DNA of 64,000 bases from Paraspadella gotoi (lineage: Eukaryota; Animalia; Chaetognatha), in the NCBI GenBank assembly GCA_051294375.1, contig CM119267.1:25683293-25747292 (forward strand), given 5' to 3'. Every line of letters starts with the position of its first letter. The first letter of the stretch is position 1. Positions 1-12,887 of the stretch are shown in pieces. The position numbers and the translations under genes were made by a program. Under the pieces are notes generated by a model that saw only the letters and a list, made by a program, of their open reading frames with translations, made no database searches and was not told the origin of the DNA.

Positions 1-2100
1 TACAGGCTCACTTGGTTGGTGGGAAAAACAAACATGATAGAATTATATGGTTCCAAATGGAACCGGATTCTCATGGTTCTTCCCCACCAACAACCACCCC
101 TGGCACCACGTGGTGGAGGGCGCGCTCAGGCTCGCTTGTCTTGTTTGGTGGGGTGTTTTTTTGGGGTTTTTTTTTTGAGACTGTCATTTTTCAATGATTT
201 CTCTTTTTTCCATGTACGTTTTCTTCATGGTTCTTGGACGCCTGTTTGCCATTTCGTCGTTCTTCGTCGGTCTTCGTTGTACGCCAGCGTTCTTTGGCGG
301 CCTCTTCGGCGGCGCGATCGCGCCTTCACGCTACCCGAGCGGGTGACTTGCGTCACGCCTTCCTCGTCGAGCCCCATCTGCGCCCAGTCGACGCACGACG
401 CCTCCGTTTCCGGATCAGAGGAGGGTTCCTCTGAAGAGTCTGCTGCGGGTTGGACAACTTCTTGTCTCGTCGTGCTTCTGTACAGCCTTCGGAGTGGTCC
501 TACAGCAGTGGAGGGTTTGCGCAGAGTTGGCCAGGACGACGTTCTTTTACCGTCGCTGGGACGTATTTCCGCCAATACGCGGGTTCCGGCGCTGGGTCGA
601 TGTCTCTTCGCCGGCGATTTTTCGTCCTCCTGCTCAGAGAGTTGCCTTGCCGCTCAGTTCGACGCCGTTCTGGAAGCGACTCCAAGACGACGCGCGCTTT
701 CAAGGCTTTATGAGGCGCATCTTGAGGGACGCCGCGGAGCGTCCGCTCATGCTGTCCTTTCTGTCGCTGACGCTCTCCGCCTCATGCGTTAGGCCCTTCG
801 CTCGGAGGGGCCCGGTTGCAGTGGACGCAGGCCACCTTGACGATCTTTGCCAAGCCCCTTTGGAGCGCCTCGTCGGGTTTGGCGGCGATTTTTGGTTTAG
901 GCCCTCTCGAGTGTCTCGGCGCTTATTGTCGACGCTGCCCCTTCGGATCTCAGACAGTTCTGGTCCAGTTCTCGCCCTCCACGTCGTTTCTTTTGCGGAG
1001 ACGTCCAGACGTCACTTCAAGCGTTCCATTCTTCGCTTCTCCGCTCCGGGCGCCTCTCTATGCGCCTGTTCTTTTGAGCCGCAAGCGTGGCGTGCAGTCC
1101 GCGTAGTCCCGCTCGCTGGTCCTACTGGCCTCGGCAAAGTCTTCGCCGCCCTCCCAAGCGTTAGGGGCGGGACTCCAGGGACGTCAAGGACGCCAACTAT
1201 CGCCCGACAGCCTCTTTCGGCCATGTGCTTCGTCCGGCCGTCAGTTTCTCCAGACCCGGTTTTTCGTCCATGGACTGCGTTTTTGCAGTTTCTCATTCCC
1301 CCCCTTCTACTCACGTCCGGCAAGTGGGCGTGCGCCTTCACCTGAAGTCCTTTCGCGGATTCCCCCCTCTTGGTTTGCTTGGTTACGAGTGATTTCTGTC
1401 TCGTGTCGGCCGTACTGAGTAGCGTTACGGTGACGGGAGAAGAGAAGGCGGGGAGAGGAGTGTTTCTCTTTCGTTTCTCTCGGAGATGTCGCGTTTTGCA
1501 GAGAGATGCTCACTTGTTGGTGGGAAGAACCATGAAGAATCCCCGGTCATTTGGACCATAATTTTGTCCAAGTAGTTGATTGCAACTGGCCTGATTTTAT
1601 GGTCTGTGTTGAAGCAATGCACTTAGGATGGAAATAGTTTGAGTGAGGAGGAGGACAGTTTTGGTTTTTAAGGCAGAGGGGACATATGTGTATTCTGCAC
1701 CAAAGCAAGTACATCCAATATATTCTTGTCGAGAATTCGTGGGTTTGCATTATTAGTATGCAATCTTTTAGAAAAATTCTTCAGATTTTCCCAGATGCTA
1801 ATATATTCTCCTTTGAGGTCATCAGAATTTATTTGATCTTTAAAGTTTATTGCGGCCATTTTCGGATTTATGTTCAAGATTTAGGGTAAAAAAGGTATCG
1901 GTTTTTCTGGACAGTAGTTTTAATTTTTTTTTTCTTCTTTTTTTTTTTTTTTTTTGGTCTTTCAAGGGAGCTAACATTTTCTTTTTCTTTTAAGAGGTTA
2001 AAATCCAATCTTAGCTTTCACCATTTTTTGTCGGAGAGAGAGAGAGAGAGTTGAAGCGATCTTGTTTTTAGTCGCCAGGTTCAAAGTTTGATGTTTAGAT
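1..2100 (-). mobile_element. Unidentified decayed repeat with fragmented GC-rich minus-strand ORFs, inside a USO1 intron
   Basis: Several broken ORFs (225-575, 500-703, 1012-1341, 1668-1877) with no recognisable domain. 46-92 is an imperfect inverted copy of 1513-1560. Confidence 0.3.
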
Positions 2101-2317
2101 TTTGAAAATTCCAAGTTTTGGTTGACGTAGAAAAAGAAGAAAGTTATGCAATTAACATGAGGTAGGGTTTTATGTTTCTAAAATTATGCAGTTTCTTTGA
2201 AGTATTTTAGTAGTTATTTTGTAAAATGGTATCTCTTTTTTTTTTGGGAGTGGAGTTTGTAAATTTGCTTTATGTTTTTGTTTTGTTTCTGTTTTTGGTT
2301 GTGCAGAAAGATAGTTT

Positions 2318-2539
2318 TATGGTGGACTAAAATCATCAGCGGCCATTGGTGCCGGAGGCAAGTCATTTGCCTCCCAACCCAAAGGCCCGGGGTTCTAGCC
2401 CGGTGGTTTCCTAGCAGTTAAGAGGGACGGGGCGCTTAACTCGCCTGTAACACGGTGTTACAGCCTGATCCGAAGCTCAGGGACTGCTTATATTGAACGG
2501 TTCTGTCACTAACACATAACAATAATTACTGTCTCTTCA
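2318..2539 (+). mobile_element. Solo LTR of TRIM family 2 (tRNA-like region + twister-like motif)
   Basis: Highly similar to LTRs 51450-51683 and 51866-52097. Termini TATGG...CTTCA. 4-bp TSD GTTT at 2314-2317 and 2540-2543. Confidence 0.88.
2413..2488 (+). ncRNA. Type-P5 twister ribozyme-like motif
   Basis: P5 AGCAGUU/GACUGCU; L1 GA-CGG; P1 GGCGCU; UAA (cut 2437/2438); GC-C; P3 UGUAACA/UGUUACA; G; P4 CCUGA/UCAGG; L4 UCCGAAGC (T1 CCG:CGG, T2 GC:GC). P2 is only 2-3 bp. Confidence 0.72.
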
Positions 2540-3029
2540 GTTTATATAATTTCCACGGTTTTTTTTTTGCTGAGGGTTTTTGCACGGGAAACTTAATTAA
2601 CGCGGAAATAGAGGGAAAGTAATAGTAATTTCGTGAAAAGTAGAAACGAAAGAATGTATTGCTAGACAAAATATACTGAGGGGCAGGAGGAGGAGGAAAG
2701 AAGAGGAAGAGGAGAATTGGACGGCAGGCTAAATCCTCCTCTGGTTTGTTTTATTTATACAACAATTTTAATATATATAGACGAGTTCAGCTCTGCAGCG
2801 GCTGTCCAGCTCTTTCTCTCTCTCTTTTAAATATATGTCGCTTTCTCTCACTTTTTTTTTTGTTTCTTCTGATTCGTCTAAAAACGAGTTTAACTCTGCA
2901 GCGGCTGTCCAGTGGCTGTTTAGCTTTTTTCTATATTTTTTTTTCTCTCTTACTCATACACGAATTTGTTTTATTTACGATGAATGACTCATCGCGTCAT
3001 TGGATCAGTGAATGACTATCAACACTTCT

Positions 3030-3235
3030 ATCATTTGGTTATCATCGCATTAATCATTTGGTTATCATCTCATCAATCATTTGGTTATCATCGAATTAAT
3101 ATTTGGTTATCATTGCATCAATCCGTTGGTTATCATCGCACCAATATTTGGTTATCTTCGCATCAATAATAAATTACTATTACATCAATCAATTATTATT
3201 ACATCAATAATTCGTTATCGCATCAATCATTTGTT
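3030..3235. repeat. Degenerate ~23-bp minisatellite
   Basis: Repeated ATTTGGTTATCATCGCATCAATC-like units. Confidence 0.7.
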
Positions 3236-3340
3236 TGTTTTTTTCGTATTTTTTTTTATTTATTATTTTTTAAATTAATTTTAATAGGATTTTTATGCTT
3301 AATTGATAACATGTATTTTTTCTGACTACTATTTTTCAGT

Positions 3341-6300
3341 CTTATTTGTTCCGACACGAATCGGCCCAACAAGAAATCATGGCCTCGCTCCTTCCTACTA
3401 CGCAGCAGCAGCAACAACAGCAGCAAGATCAGCCCGGCGTCGCCGACTCCATTTCCGCTGGTCAAATTTTGTGCAGCGGCCTTTTCAAGAACGATGTTCT
3501 CTCGAACTGGTTCGCCGGCGTCGCCCTCAAGTCGGTCGTCGACGATAATCTCGAGATGAAGCGGCAGTTGCTTCGCGTGCAGCTCGCCACCTCCATGGGT
3601 CAACCTCCCACGACACTGTTGCAACAGTGTTGCAATATGTTACAGTCCCCACGGCTGCAGACTCGACTGGGTATACTCTCTTTGTTGTCGACGTGGACGG
3701 CGGGATGCCCCGAGGCTGTGGCCCTTTTCCTGAAGGAGTCGACCAATGTGGCTTATCTCATTTCCCAGATTTCGTCGACGGAGGGTGAAGACTCCGAGAC
3801 TGTCGCTCAGGTAACAATCAATAATTTTCGTTTTTTTGTCACCGACGTTTTAAAACTTTATCGTCGCAATCGCTTTGCGTTTCTTTTCTCTTTTCTCAAA
3901 TTTGATTTTTTTTTCTATCAAAATTTGTGGTCAATCCAGATTTTTCTTATGCAATTGCGACGATCCTATTGTTTTTAAGTTTTTTTTTTGTTTTTTTTCT
4001 GTTTTTTTATTAGTTTAATTTGCTCAGGGCGTCTGTGCCTTTCTCCTCGCTCTTTGTGTCCACTGCAACGATGACTCAGTCGAAAACTTCACCCGCGCTT
4101 CTCTCCGTCAAATTATCCAACAGCGAATCGGGATGGAGACCTTTTTCGACAAGCTAAATTCCGTCACCAAGCACGAGCTTTATAACGCCGCCTCCAAGCA
4201 CACTCAGCCCAAGGCGAGTCGCGGCGAGGAGCTGCTCGTCGACTGGGGCTTCACGCGACTTTTCAAGACTTTGGAGGCGTCCGTGATTAGAAGCGTTCAG
4301 GGCGACGCAGCCGACTCTTCCTCCCCCTCCGGCGGTTCCTCGACGTCGATCAACGGCATCGCGAAGGACTCGTCTCCAGAGGCGCAGGCGGAAACAGACA
4401 AGATGCTGCAACGCTATAAAGACTCCATCATTGAACGAGATCATCGTCTTCTGCAGTTTCAACAACAGGCGGCCGCTATGTCTGCTCAAAACTCCGCTCT
4501 TGACAAGTACGCTCGCGAGGCGCAAGAGGCCATGCAGCGACTGCAGGATGAAAACGCGCTGCTGAAGGCTGCGCGGAAGGGAGAAGACGTCGGAGGAAGA
4601 AGTGGAGCGTCGGAGGTGGAGGGAGCCAGTCGTCAAGCGGAAGTGGTGAGACTGCAGGGAGAAATAGAGGCGCTGGCGAAGGACAACGAAGTGTTACGAA
4701 CGGACTTGGCCGCGGCTCATGTGGAGTTGGTAGACTTAGAACAGGTTCGTTTGTTTAATGAGAGAAGCTAATGTTATTTTTCGTCTGATATTTTATACAT
4801 TGTGATCCATGTTCTTTTTTCAGGCAAAGGCCGATGACGCTTCAACAATCTCTAATCTGCAAATACAAATCTCGTCTCTGCGTGTCAACGATAATGGACG
4901 CGACGACGAGACGCGAAGGGAGGCAGAGACTCGAACGCTCATCGACGCTTTGCAGAACGAACTTGAAACATTAAAGAAACAGGTTAAATTTATAAAACCA
5001 TGCCCGTTTTATATTTTTTTAAATTTTTATCGTCACAATCGCTTTGCGTTTGTGACGATTTTGCTGTGGTTTCGCACATAAGTGGCGTCGTCGTTGTTGT
5101 CGTCGGCGTTCCAAATTATAGATCGCTTTTTTGATGATTAAATTTGGGTGTATGAAATTAAAAATTTATATACAGCTTCTCATCATTGAGGTTGTTGAAA
5201 TTGGGTGAGGACAGTTATTAAATATGTTTGGTTTACGTTTTATCAAAACAGACAAATTTCTTCTCTTTTATTTTTATGTCTCCTTCTCTCTCTCTTTTCT
5301 CTTTTAATTATATGTAGCTCTCTCTCTCTATTTTCCCCAGGCTGATTCATCGAAAAAAAAAAGTCTGCAGCTGGCTCTGTAGGGGCTTTTTCTTTTTCTC
5401 TTTTCTCCTGCTGCTTCCCGCTGATTCGTCCGCTGATTCGTCTGCTGATTCTCTCTCTCTCTCTCTCTCTCTTTTTCTGCGTTTTTATTAAAAAAAAAAA
5501 TTGAATTAGGATTGAACTCATAAATTTTTTTTTTTTTTTTTCTGAAAAGAAAACAGAGCAAACAAATAATTGCGGGAATGGTGCAAAAATATCTTATGTC
5601 AACAATAAACGAGAACAAATAAGGGGAAGATAAAAATGAAAAAGAAGAAGAGATCGGGAGACAAAGTCAAGCAACTCCGTCCACATGAGACGGCAACTCA
5701 ATCACGGGACTTGGAAGCGAGCAGGTCCCCGTTCTCGCGCTGAAGGCAGACAGAAAGTCTCTCAAAAAAGTGCTTAGACGTTTTGCCGATATCTAAGCCC
5801 GCATTCGTTGCTTGGAGTTTGGCGAAATCTTTTAAGTTTGAGAAAGCATCCAGGTCCCATGCCCCGAAGGTAGTAACAACCAGAGGGATGAAGCCAACAT
5901 CGCCGGCAGTTTGCCTTCGTACTTAGCATGTTTGGCCTGGCGAGCTCGTTCCAGGGCATAGGTGGGGTTGAGGATGGTATGACCAAAACAGTCCTGGCGA
6001 AGGGGAAGGTGACAGTTACATCAAAGGCGGTGTGGTCTTGTTCCGTCATCTTTTCCAACCACGGATTGTGAAATCCCCAGGTCTAGAGGCATCATCCGCC
6101 AGGTTCCTTTCTTCTTTGGTGGGCGCAAGTAGGGCTGCTGAAGCAGTCGAGACAATGGCATCCCGAAGGAGGTTATGACGGCGAATTTTGTCTCCAGTCG
6201 AGGAGCAAGCTGAAATGGCGTGGTCTCCATAGATGTCGGAAGGTCTGTCACAGGATAAGCAGGGACCAGGAGCTGGAAAGATTGGAAGCCCCAAACGGTA

Positions 6301-7996
6301 TTTGACAGCCATGATGGAAGATTTGGGAGGTAGGCGCAAGCCAAGGGCAGGAGAAGGGATGACATTGAGGAAGTCTCCAGTTCTGGACAGGCAGACGGAT
6401 TGGAGGACGGCTCGAAAACGCTCATAAAATTAGGCATCGCATTCGTCCAACATCGGGTTTTTATTTCGTTCTTTCTTCTCGTCACTCTCTCTTTATTTTA
6501 TTTTTCTTTCTTTCCTTTCAATTCTTTCTTTCCTTTCTATTTAATTGCGACGATCCTTAAGGGGAGTTATCCCGATGGATCGAAATAAAAAATTATTAAA
6601 AGACAAAAATTATACTCAATAAAACATTCGTCTCGATGGTCATTTATTCGCCTTTTCCTGTACTACAATATGCACCAATCCAAAATTTTTCTAGGGGTCA
6701 ACTTTTTGAGATATGAGGGACAGAAGTTGGAAATCTAATAAAAGGTCTCTCTTTAAAAATATTTAAGTTAGCATAATGAGACTATGCTGGTTGATACTTC
6801 AAATAAGGACCTACAATTGGCAGTATGCGTTTTATTCTATTATCACAACTTTGTTTGTAAAGTCCAATCAAAAAAAAGAAAAAAACCTTTAATCTTGCGC
6901 AGGCATTTTAGCATAGAAAGCAGTCATTGATCACCAAATCGATACCCGGAGATGTAGCCAAGGGTCTAAATTGACGATTGAATGTATTAATTTTTGTTTG
7001 CCTTTTTTTGTCTCCAAGGAGAGGGTTTTTTTGAAATTTTTTTTTTTTTTTTTTAAATTTGAATAGTAGTTGCCACTATCTCTGAAATACCCTCACAAAC
7101 TCTTTTCTCAAGCAGAAAATAAAAAAAAGTAAAAATAAACAAAGATTTTATAAAAAATTAAATTTCTGGAGATTTTCGAATTTTCGATTTTATTTTTTAA
7201 TTTTTGGGCTTACCGTATTTTTAGATTTTCCTGAAATTTTTTTTGGTCTAATATCAAAAAAATTATGTTTAGTATCTAAATGAATAAATTTTTTATTCTA
7301 ACTAATGAGTCGTTCCTGTATCTCTAATAATATTCTCGGAAAAGTAAAAAAAAAAATGCAAGAAAAGTATATTCTCTCGAGCTGGGGAATTCTATGTAAT
7401 TTACTAATCCCTCTGCCTGATAACGATTAGTATTTTTGAATTTTTATTTTTACCGAGTCGTGGTTATTATTTAAGTATAAATGGTTTTTTAACTCTAGGT
7501 CATATTTCAAGAGGCCGAAGTGGGAAAGTACAAGACTCAATACGAGAATGTCCTTGAACAACTGAGGACAATGGAGGAAGCCAAGGAGGCGGACGAGGAG
7601 GGAAACCCTGAATTCATTTCTTCCTACTTGGAAAGGTATCTTCTTTCGAGTTTCCATTTAAAACTTTATAGGATTCCCAAAAGCTTCCGTTAACCCCGCA
7701 GGCTGAAGGCGGCCAACATGGAAAAGCTTGACCTACAAGAACGACTCAACGGGATGGAGGCCGTCGTGTCGGAGAACCACGAGTTGAGGAGAGAGTTGGA
7801 AGTTTGTAAGAAAGATCAGGACGACTTCTTCGTTTTGCTCAGCGGAGAAGAAGAAAAGAAAAACAAATATCGTCAGATGCTCAAATCGATGAACGTCGAC
7901 ATCAGCGATTCTTCTGAAGACGATGACGACGACGACAGCGGCGGCGGCGGCGGCGGCGTGCAAAGCGCTACGCCGTCTCAACATCTTGACGTTTAG
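3341..7996 (+). CDS. USO1: General vesicular transport factor p115 (3' exons; 5' exons lie upstream of the window)
   Basis: Exons ~3341-3810, 4028-4744, 4824-4982, 7499-7635, 7702-7996 with GT-AG introns. Motifs QQEIMASLLP, GQILCSGLF, KRQLLRVQLAT, RIGMETF, then coiled coil and C-terminal KDQDDFFVLL...KYRQMLK plus acidic tail typical of p115. Confidence 0.88.
3860..3967. mobile_element. Short non-autonomous repeat with ATCGTCGCAATCGC...GCAATTGCGACGAT inverted ends (Helentron/HINE-like); longer copies at ~5028-6558 (interrupted) and ~15662-16722
   Basis: Shared subterminal inverted repeats, T-rich insertion sites and microsatellite-rich interior. End fragments also at ~53660 and 54175-54260. 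Confidence 0.55.
5525..6420 (-). mobile_element. 5'-truncated CRE-like non-LTR retrotransposon (restriction-like endonuclease C-terminus, 3' UTR, poly-A)
   Basis: Minus-strand peptide CLSC..DIYGDHAISAC..RRHNLLRD..RPGD..TAFDVTV (CCHC + RLE motif), frameshifted. Poly-T at 5525-5542. TSD CTCATAAA. The empty site is seen in the related repeat at ~16150. Confidence 0.8.
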
Positions 7997-8475
7997 AATT
8001 AAAGATTTCTCACTCCAGTTTTCACCAAAATATTTTGGTCTTTTTTTAATTAATGATAAGAAAGAAAAGTCATCACGTTCCATAGTTTTTTCTATACTCG
8101 TCGCTTTCATATTTATCCGTAGAATTCATTCGCGTTTGAAATTTTATAACTAATTTACCATATTTTTAAATTAATCTAGTCATTTTGCGAATAATACAAG
8201 TTTTCTAGTTTTCAATTCAACCTTGAGTTCTTATTTCGACTAATTCTGCTAATTATTAAAATATAGTAGGTGAATAAGTAAGTCAGAAGGCCATAAGGCT
8301 TAAGCTTAATCCTTATTTTATACCTTTTTTGTTTTTGATACAACCGATTAGAAATAAGAGATTTTTTTCTCTTTGCCATATCTCGAATTTTCAAGGCGTA
8401 TATGACTAGTATGTACGTACTACGTAGTTGACAAAATTCGAAATCTCAACCAAAAACGGAGTTTCCTCATTGGCC

Positions 8476-9621
8476 ATGGAAGAAGAGGACGACGACGCCG
8501 ATCTCAGTCGTCAACGCGACGAGGTCGAGGCTTTGGAGGCCATCTTCGGCGCCGATGCCTTCGTCCGCGATCATGACCGACCGACCGACAACCCGCCCAA
8601 GTACAGTATCGAACTCAAACCCGGCTCCGCCGCCGCCGACTCTCTCACTTTCCGCGTTACCTTTCCCCCCGATTATCCTTCCGTCTCCCCACCCATTTAC
8701 GCAATCGAGGGCCCTTGGCTCAATCGCCGTCAACGCGAGATTCTCGACCGACGTCTCGAGCAGGTTTATCTCGACAACGTCGGACGTAGCCTCGTTTTCG
8801 ATTGGATCGAGATAATTCGAGAGACGCTACTCGAGTGGACGACGTCGACCGACGACGATGACGAAAAAAACGACGCCGACTTTCCCGTTTCACACGACAC
8901 CTCCGGAATTCACGAAAAGATTCGGATTTTGGGCGAGTTGCCGGAAATCGTTTCCGGCGAGCCGCTAACCGACCGGAAAAGCACCTTTCAAGCCTTTCTC
9001 GCTCGCGTCTCTAACGCTGACGAAGCAGCCGCAGTTTTAGATCATCTCAAGAGTCACAGGTGGTGATAAATCACGAGATGTGAAAGTCGTTCTCTGATCA
9101 GTTAACAGTGAGCTTACGATAAATAAAATAGTTGGATGAAACCCCTCTTTCGATTCTGCGCAGAAAGATCGGTCATGCGACCCACAACATGTGGGCGTTC
9201 CGCGTCTCCGGCGGGGATTCCTCCAAACCTGCACTCGCTCGATGCGACGACGACGGAGAGACTCACGCTGGAGGCCGCATGATGCATCTGCTTGAGGTTG
9301 ATCATCTTTGATCGGCGAGAATCGAGAAATGTCACAATCCTGACCCTTGCTGTCTGTCTTGCTAGTTTAAGGCTTAACTCGTTCAGGTGATGGATGCAAC
9401 TGACGTTTTGGTGGTCGTCTCGCGATGGTACGGTGGAATCCATCTCGGTCCCGACAGGTGCTTACTGTAAAGATATGAGTAGAATTAATATAAAAAATAG
9501 ATAAACTAAAATTTTTGATAAATGAAGGTTTCGCCACATCTGCAACCTGACTCGAACTATCCTTGCGGATAATGGGTTCTCCAGGCCAAAGAAGGGAGGG
9601 AAGAGTGGAAGGAAAAAGTGA
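8476..9621 (+). CDS. IMPACT: Protein IMPACT (RWD + UPF0029/YigZ domain)
   Basis: Exons 8476-9059, 9164-9296, 9387-9457, 9528-9621. Motifs DEVEALEAIF, FPPDYPSVSPP, DRKSTFQA, ATHNMWAFR, CDDDGETHAG, VVVSRWYGGIHLGPDRFRHI. Confidence 0.93.
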
Positions 9622-9724
9622 AACACAATCATAATCAGTCTGTCCTTTTTCTTATTATTGAGCCAGGACCGACTTTGCCGGGTCCTGGCTCTCTAACCAT
9701 TCAGTTTTTTTTTTTTTATTAAAA

Positions 9725-9945
9725 TCAAATGACAGAAAACGACATGACATAAATGACATAAAATGACGTTATGACGTAATGACTAAAGGATTAAACATGA
9801 CTAAACATTACCCAGACAATAAGCATTGGACATTAGACTTAAAACGATATAAAATGACGTAAGAAAATTAATGACATAATGATGTAATGACTAAATGACC
9901 TCTAAACGTGACTAAAATGACATAATGACATATTGACTAAAAGCA
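9725..9945. repeat. ATGAC-based degenerate tandem repeat
   Basis: Recurrent ATGACAT/ATGACGT/ATGACTA units. Confidence 0.55.
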
Positions 9946-10822
9946 AGGCAAAGGCAATTTAATATTTAATTATTATTATGTTTAATTAGTGTAAAAAGAC
10001 TGATTCTATTTTTTTCTTTTTTTTTAATAAGATTGATCATATATGATTCTGATTCTATAATTTTTTTATTTTATTTTATATTGACGACTTAATATTTAAT
10101 ATTTTTTTTTTTTAACGACAATGACACAATAAAATAGTCAAAACATATAGGAGCTAAAATGGCGTTTTTTTTTAATTTTATTTTATTTATTTATTTTTTA
10201 TTTATTTTTTTTTTTAATGAAATATGACTAACAATACAAAACAATACACAATACACAATACCCTCATCTTATTCATCTTAATATCAAATTTAAAAACTTT
10301 AGCTAAATAAAGTCCAATAACCAACTCTAACATTTTTAATCAAGTTACCCCATTCTATTTGACCATCCCCGTTTATCCTACCATTCAGTTGAGCTGCTTT
10401 GTATCGTCGTTGTCGTCGGTGTCATGCTTTTTTATATAAAAACTACTACGCTTTTATAGTTTTGGCTGGAAATAAAAATAAATATTAATTACGATGAATT
10501 TTTATAGAAGTGTGCGATCATAGTAAGTTAAAAATTTAGATATATCATCTCATTTTGAAATAGCTTTGAAATTTTTATATTACATTTGGATTCAAGTATT
10601 TTTTGGTTGAATTTATACTTTATTATGATTTACTGCAATATGCAAATTAGATTATAGTATTCATTATAATATCCAAATAAGTATATAAAATACTTTAATC
10701 TAATTTACATATTGCAGTAAATAAAATTGAAGATAAAATTCATAAAAAAATTTTTGATAATATAATAAATGTGTTTTACAAGGAATTTTGAATTGTTACA
10801 ACGATTTTATTATTAATAAGTT

Positions 10823-10866
10823 GCAGACATGTTTCGACTCAGAGATTTTCGAGTCTTCATCAGCGC
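10823..10866 (-). ncRNA. Minimal type I hammerhead ribozyme in a Penelope pLTR remnant
   Basis: Reverse complement GCG-CUGAUGA-A-GACUC...GAGUC-GAAA-CAUG-UC/UGC. Flank ACAACGATTTT is shared with the Penelope ends at ~29510 and ~60590. Confidence 0.75.
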
Positions 10867-12887
10867 TTTTGACAGTTGACCATTAGTGAGGCAGTGAGGA
10901 AGTTGAAATGTGTGTCCATTTTCTTTTTTTCATATCGATTCAAATATTTTTTGTTTGAATTTCTACCTCATTATGATTTACTGCAATATGCAAATTAGAT
11001 TATAGTACTTTTTCATTAATTTTTTTGATACTATACCCTGGCGAGTAGAGCGTATTCTAAATGTCAGTTATGAACAACATATATGAACAACATATATACT
11101 TAAGGGAGTGGTCTTTTCATATAATTGAAAACATTCTTTGAATATTTTCCACTTCATTGATAGGGAAGCCAGGTACTCTGGGAGTGAATAAACGAGACTG
11201 TGAGAGAGTCTTGATTGAAAGCTTGCAGGGACCTGCTATGTCATTATCTTGTAAGAGTGATGGAGGCCTTAAACACCAAAGCCTGTCCAAAGTCAGGGGC
11301 AAGATTAGGGTAGCCCCACTCAATGGGGTGAGTCAAAAATTAGAATGATTACATGCTCAAACGAAAATTTATACATTTTGAAGTATACTTTCAATGGACA
11401 AAACATTTCTTATGTGGCTTTATACCCAAATAATTATTTTTTAATATTTATTTATAAATAGGAAAGGCCAAAAATTTTTTTCATAATTTTTAAATTTTAA
11501 GACCAGATTCAGATAGCTCATAAAAAGTTGTCTACACAAAGTATAATTCTTTTTTAAATATTTTCATGATAAATAAGTCAAAAATAAGAAAAACCGTAAA
11601 AAATTATCATCATCATCTTTCGATAATTTTATCAGTTTTTTATATTTTCACATAGAAAACATAAAAATTTTTAAAAGCTGTAATTATATTTCTTGTTTAA
11701 CTTTTATGCTCTATCAGAATCCATCAAAAAATTTTAAGATTTTTAAAAAAAATTTTATAATGTAAAAAAAGATAAGTAATATTTAATGTATTAATCAAGA
11801 TGTATAATGTAAATTTTTTTTTGAAAATGATTGTTTAAATATTTAGTCAAGACAACTAAAAATACTTTGTTAATAGTCGAAATTTTATATTATCTCTGGA
11901 GTTGGTCCCTAGCAAGATAGCTTATTTATAAATGAATGGATAATTGTTTATTATGGTGTGTACCAATTTCATACCATCAGTGAACATAAATATATAAAAA
12001 AATTAATTTTATATTCTTAAATTTTTGCAGTAGGCTATATTTATATATAAAATCGAAAAATTTCAAAATAGGCTTTTCTTAATTTTTATTGCAGATTTGA
12101 ATTCCTCATCAAAAGTTGATAAAAAAAATATGAATCATTTTTAAAAATTTTTTTATTAAGTGGGTTAAAAATTTTAAAAAACTATATTAAAAAAAGTTAT
12201 ATTTCTTTATATCAACTTTTTATGACGAATCCAAATCTGCAAAAAAATCTTATAAAAAACTATTTAAAAATTTTAATATTTATTAGATTAGTAGTAGTAT
12301 AAATATGGCCCACTGCGTAAATTGTAAAATTTATTATGAATTTTTTTTATACATAAATGTTCATTAGTATAATGTTGTTCGTTCCTCACTTTTAGAATTT
12401 TAATTAAAGTTAAACTTAGGAATTTTACTACGCCTTACTCTATAATTCACTTTGTCGGTCCGTCGGTCCGCCCCGCTTTACTGGCGAGATCCTTATACTT
12501 TTAAGATTTTTTCATATTTTTTTTCGATCGACAAATGGATATTTTGTGTGAATGCGCTGATCATTTCTGCGTCATCATATTCGAAACTCCTTCGTAATAT
12601 TGGCTGACTTTAAAAAAAAAAGTAAATGAGGTTCATTTGTTTATGAAATTTAATTATGATTCCATGAAGGGGTTTTATTTGTTAACATTATAAAAAATAG
12701 TTTAGTTATATTTGTTTAGTTTAAAAAAGACATTACTACTACTTGGAAAACTATGTTATTCGGTATGTAGTTAATATAAACTAATGTTGTCAGGAAAAAA
12801 CTTGTACGCTGACTTGAAGCCCCAAAGTTAGATTCCATTTCCGTCAGATCTTTTTTGGATTGTGTCATTCCCAAATCTATGTGGGAC

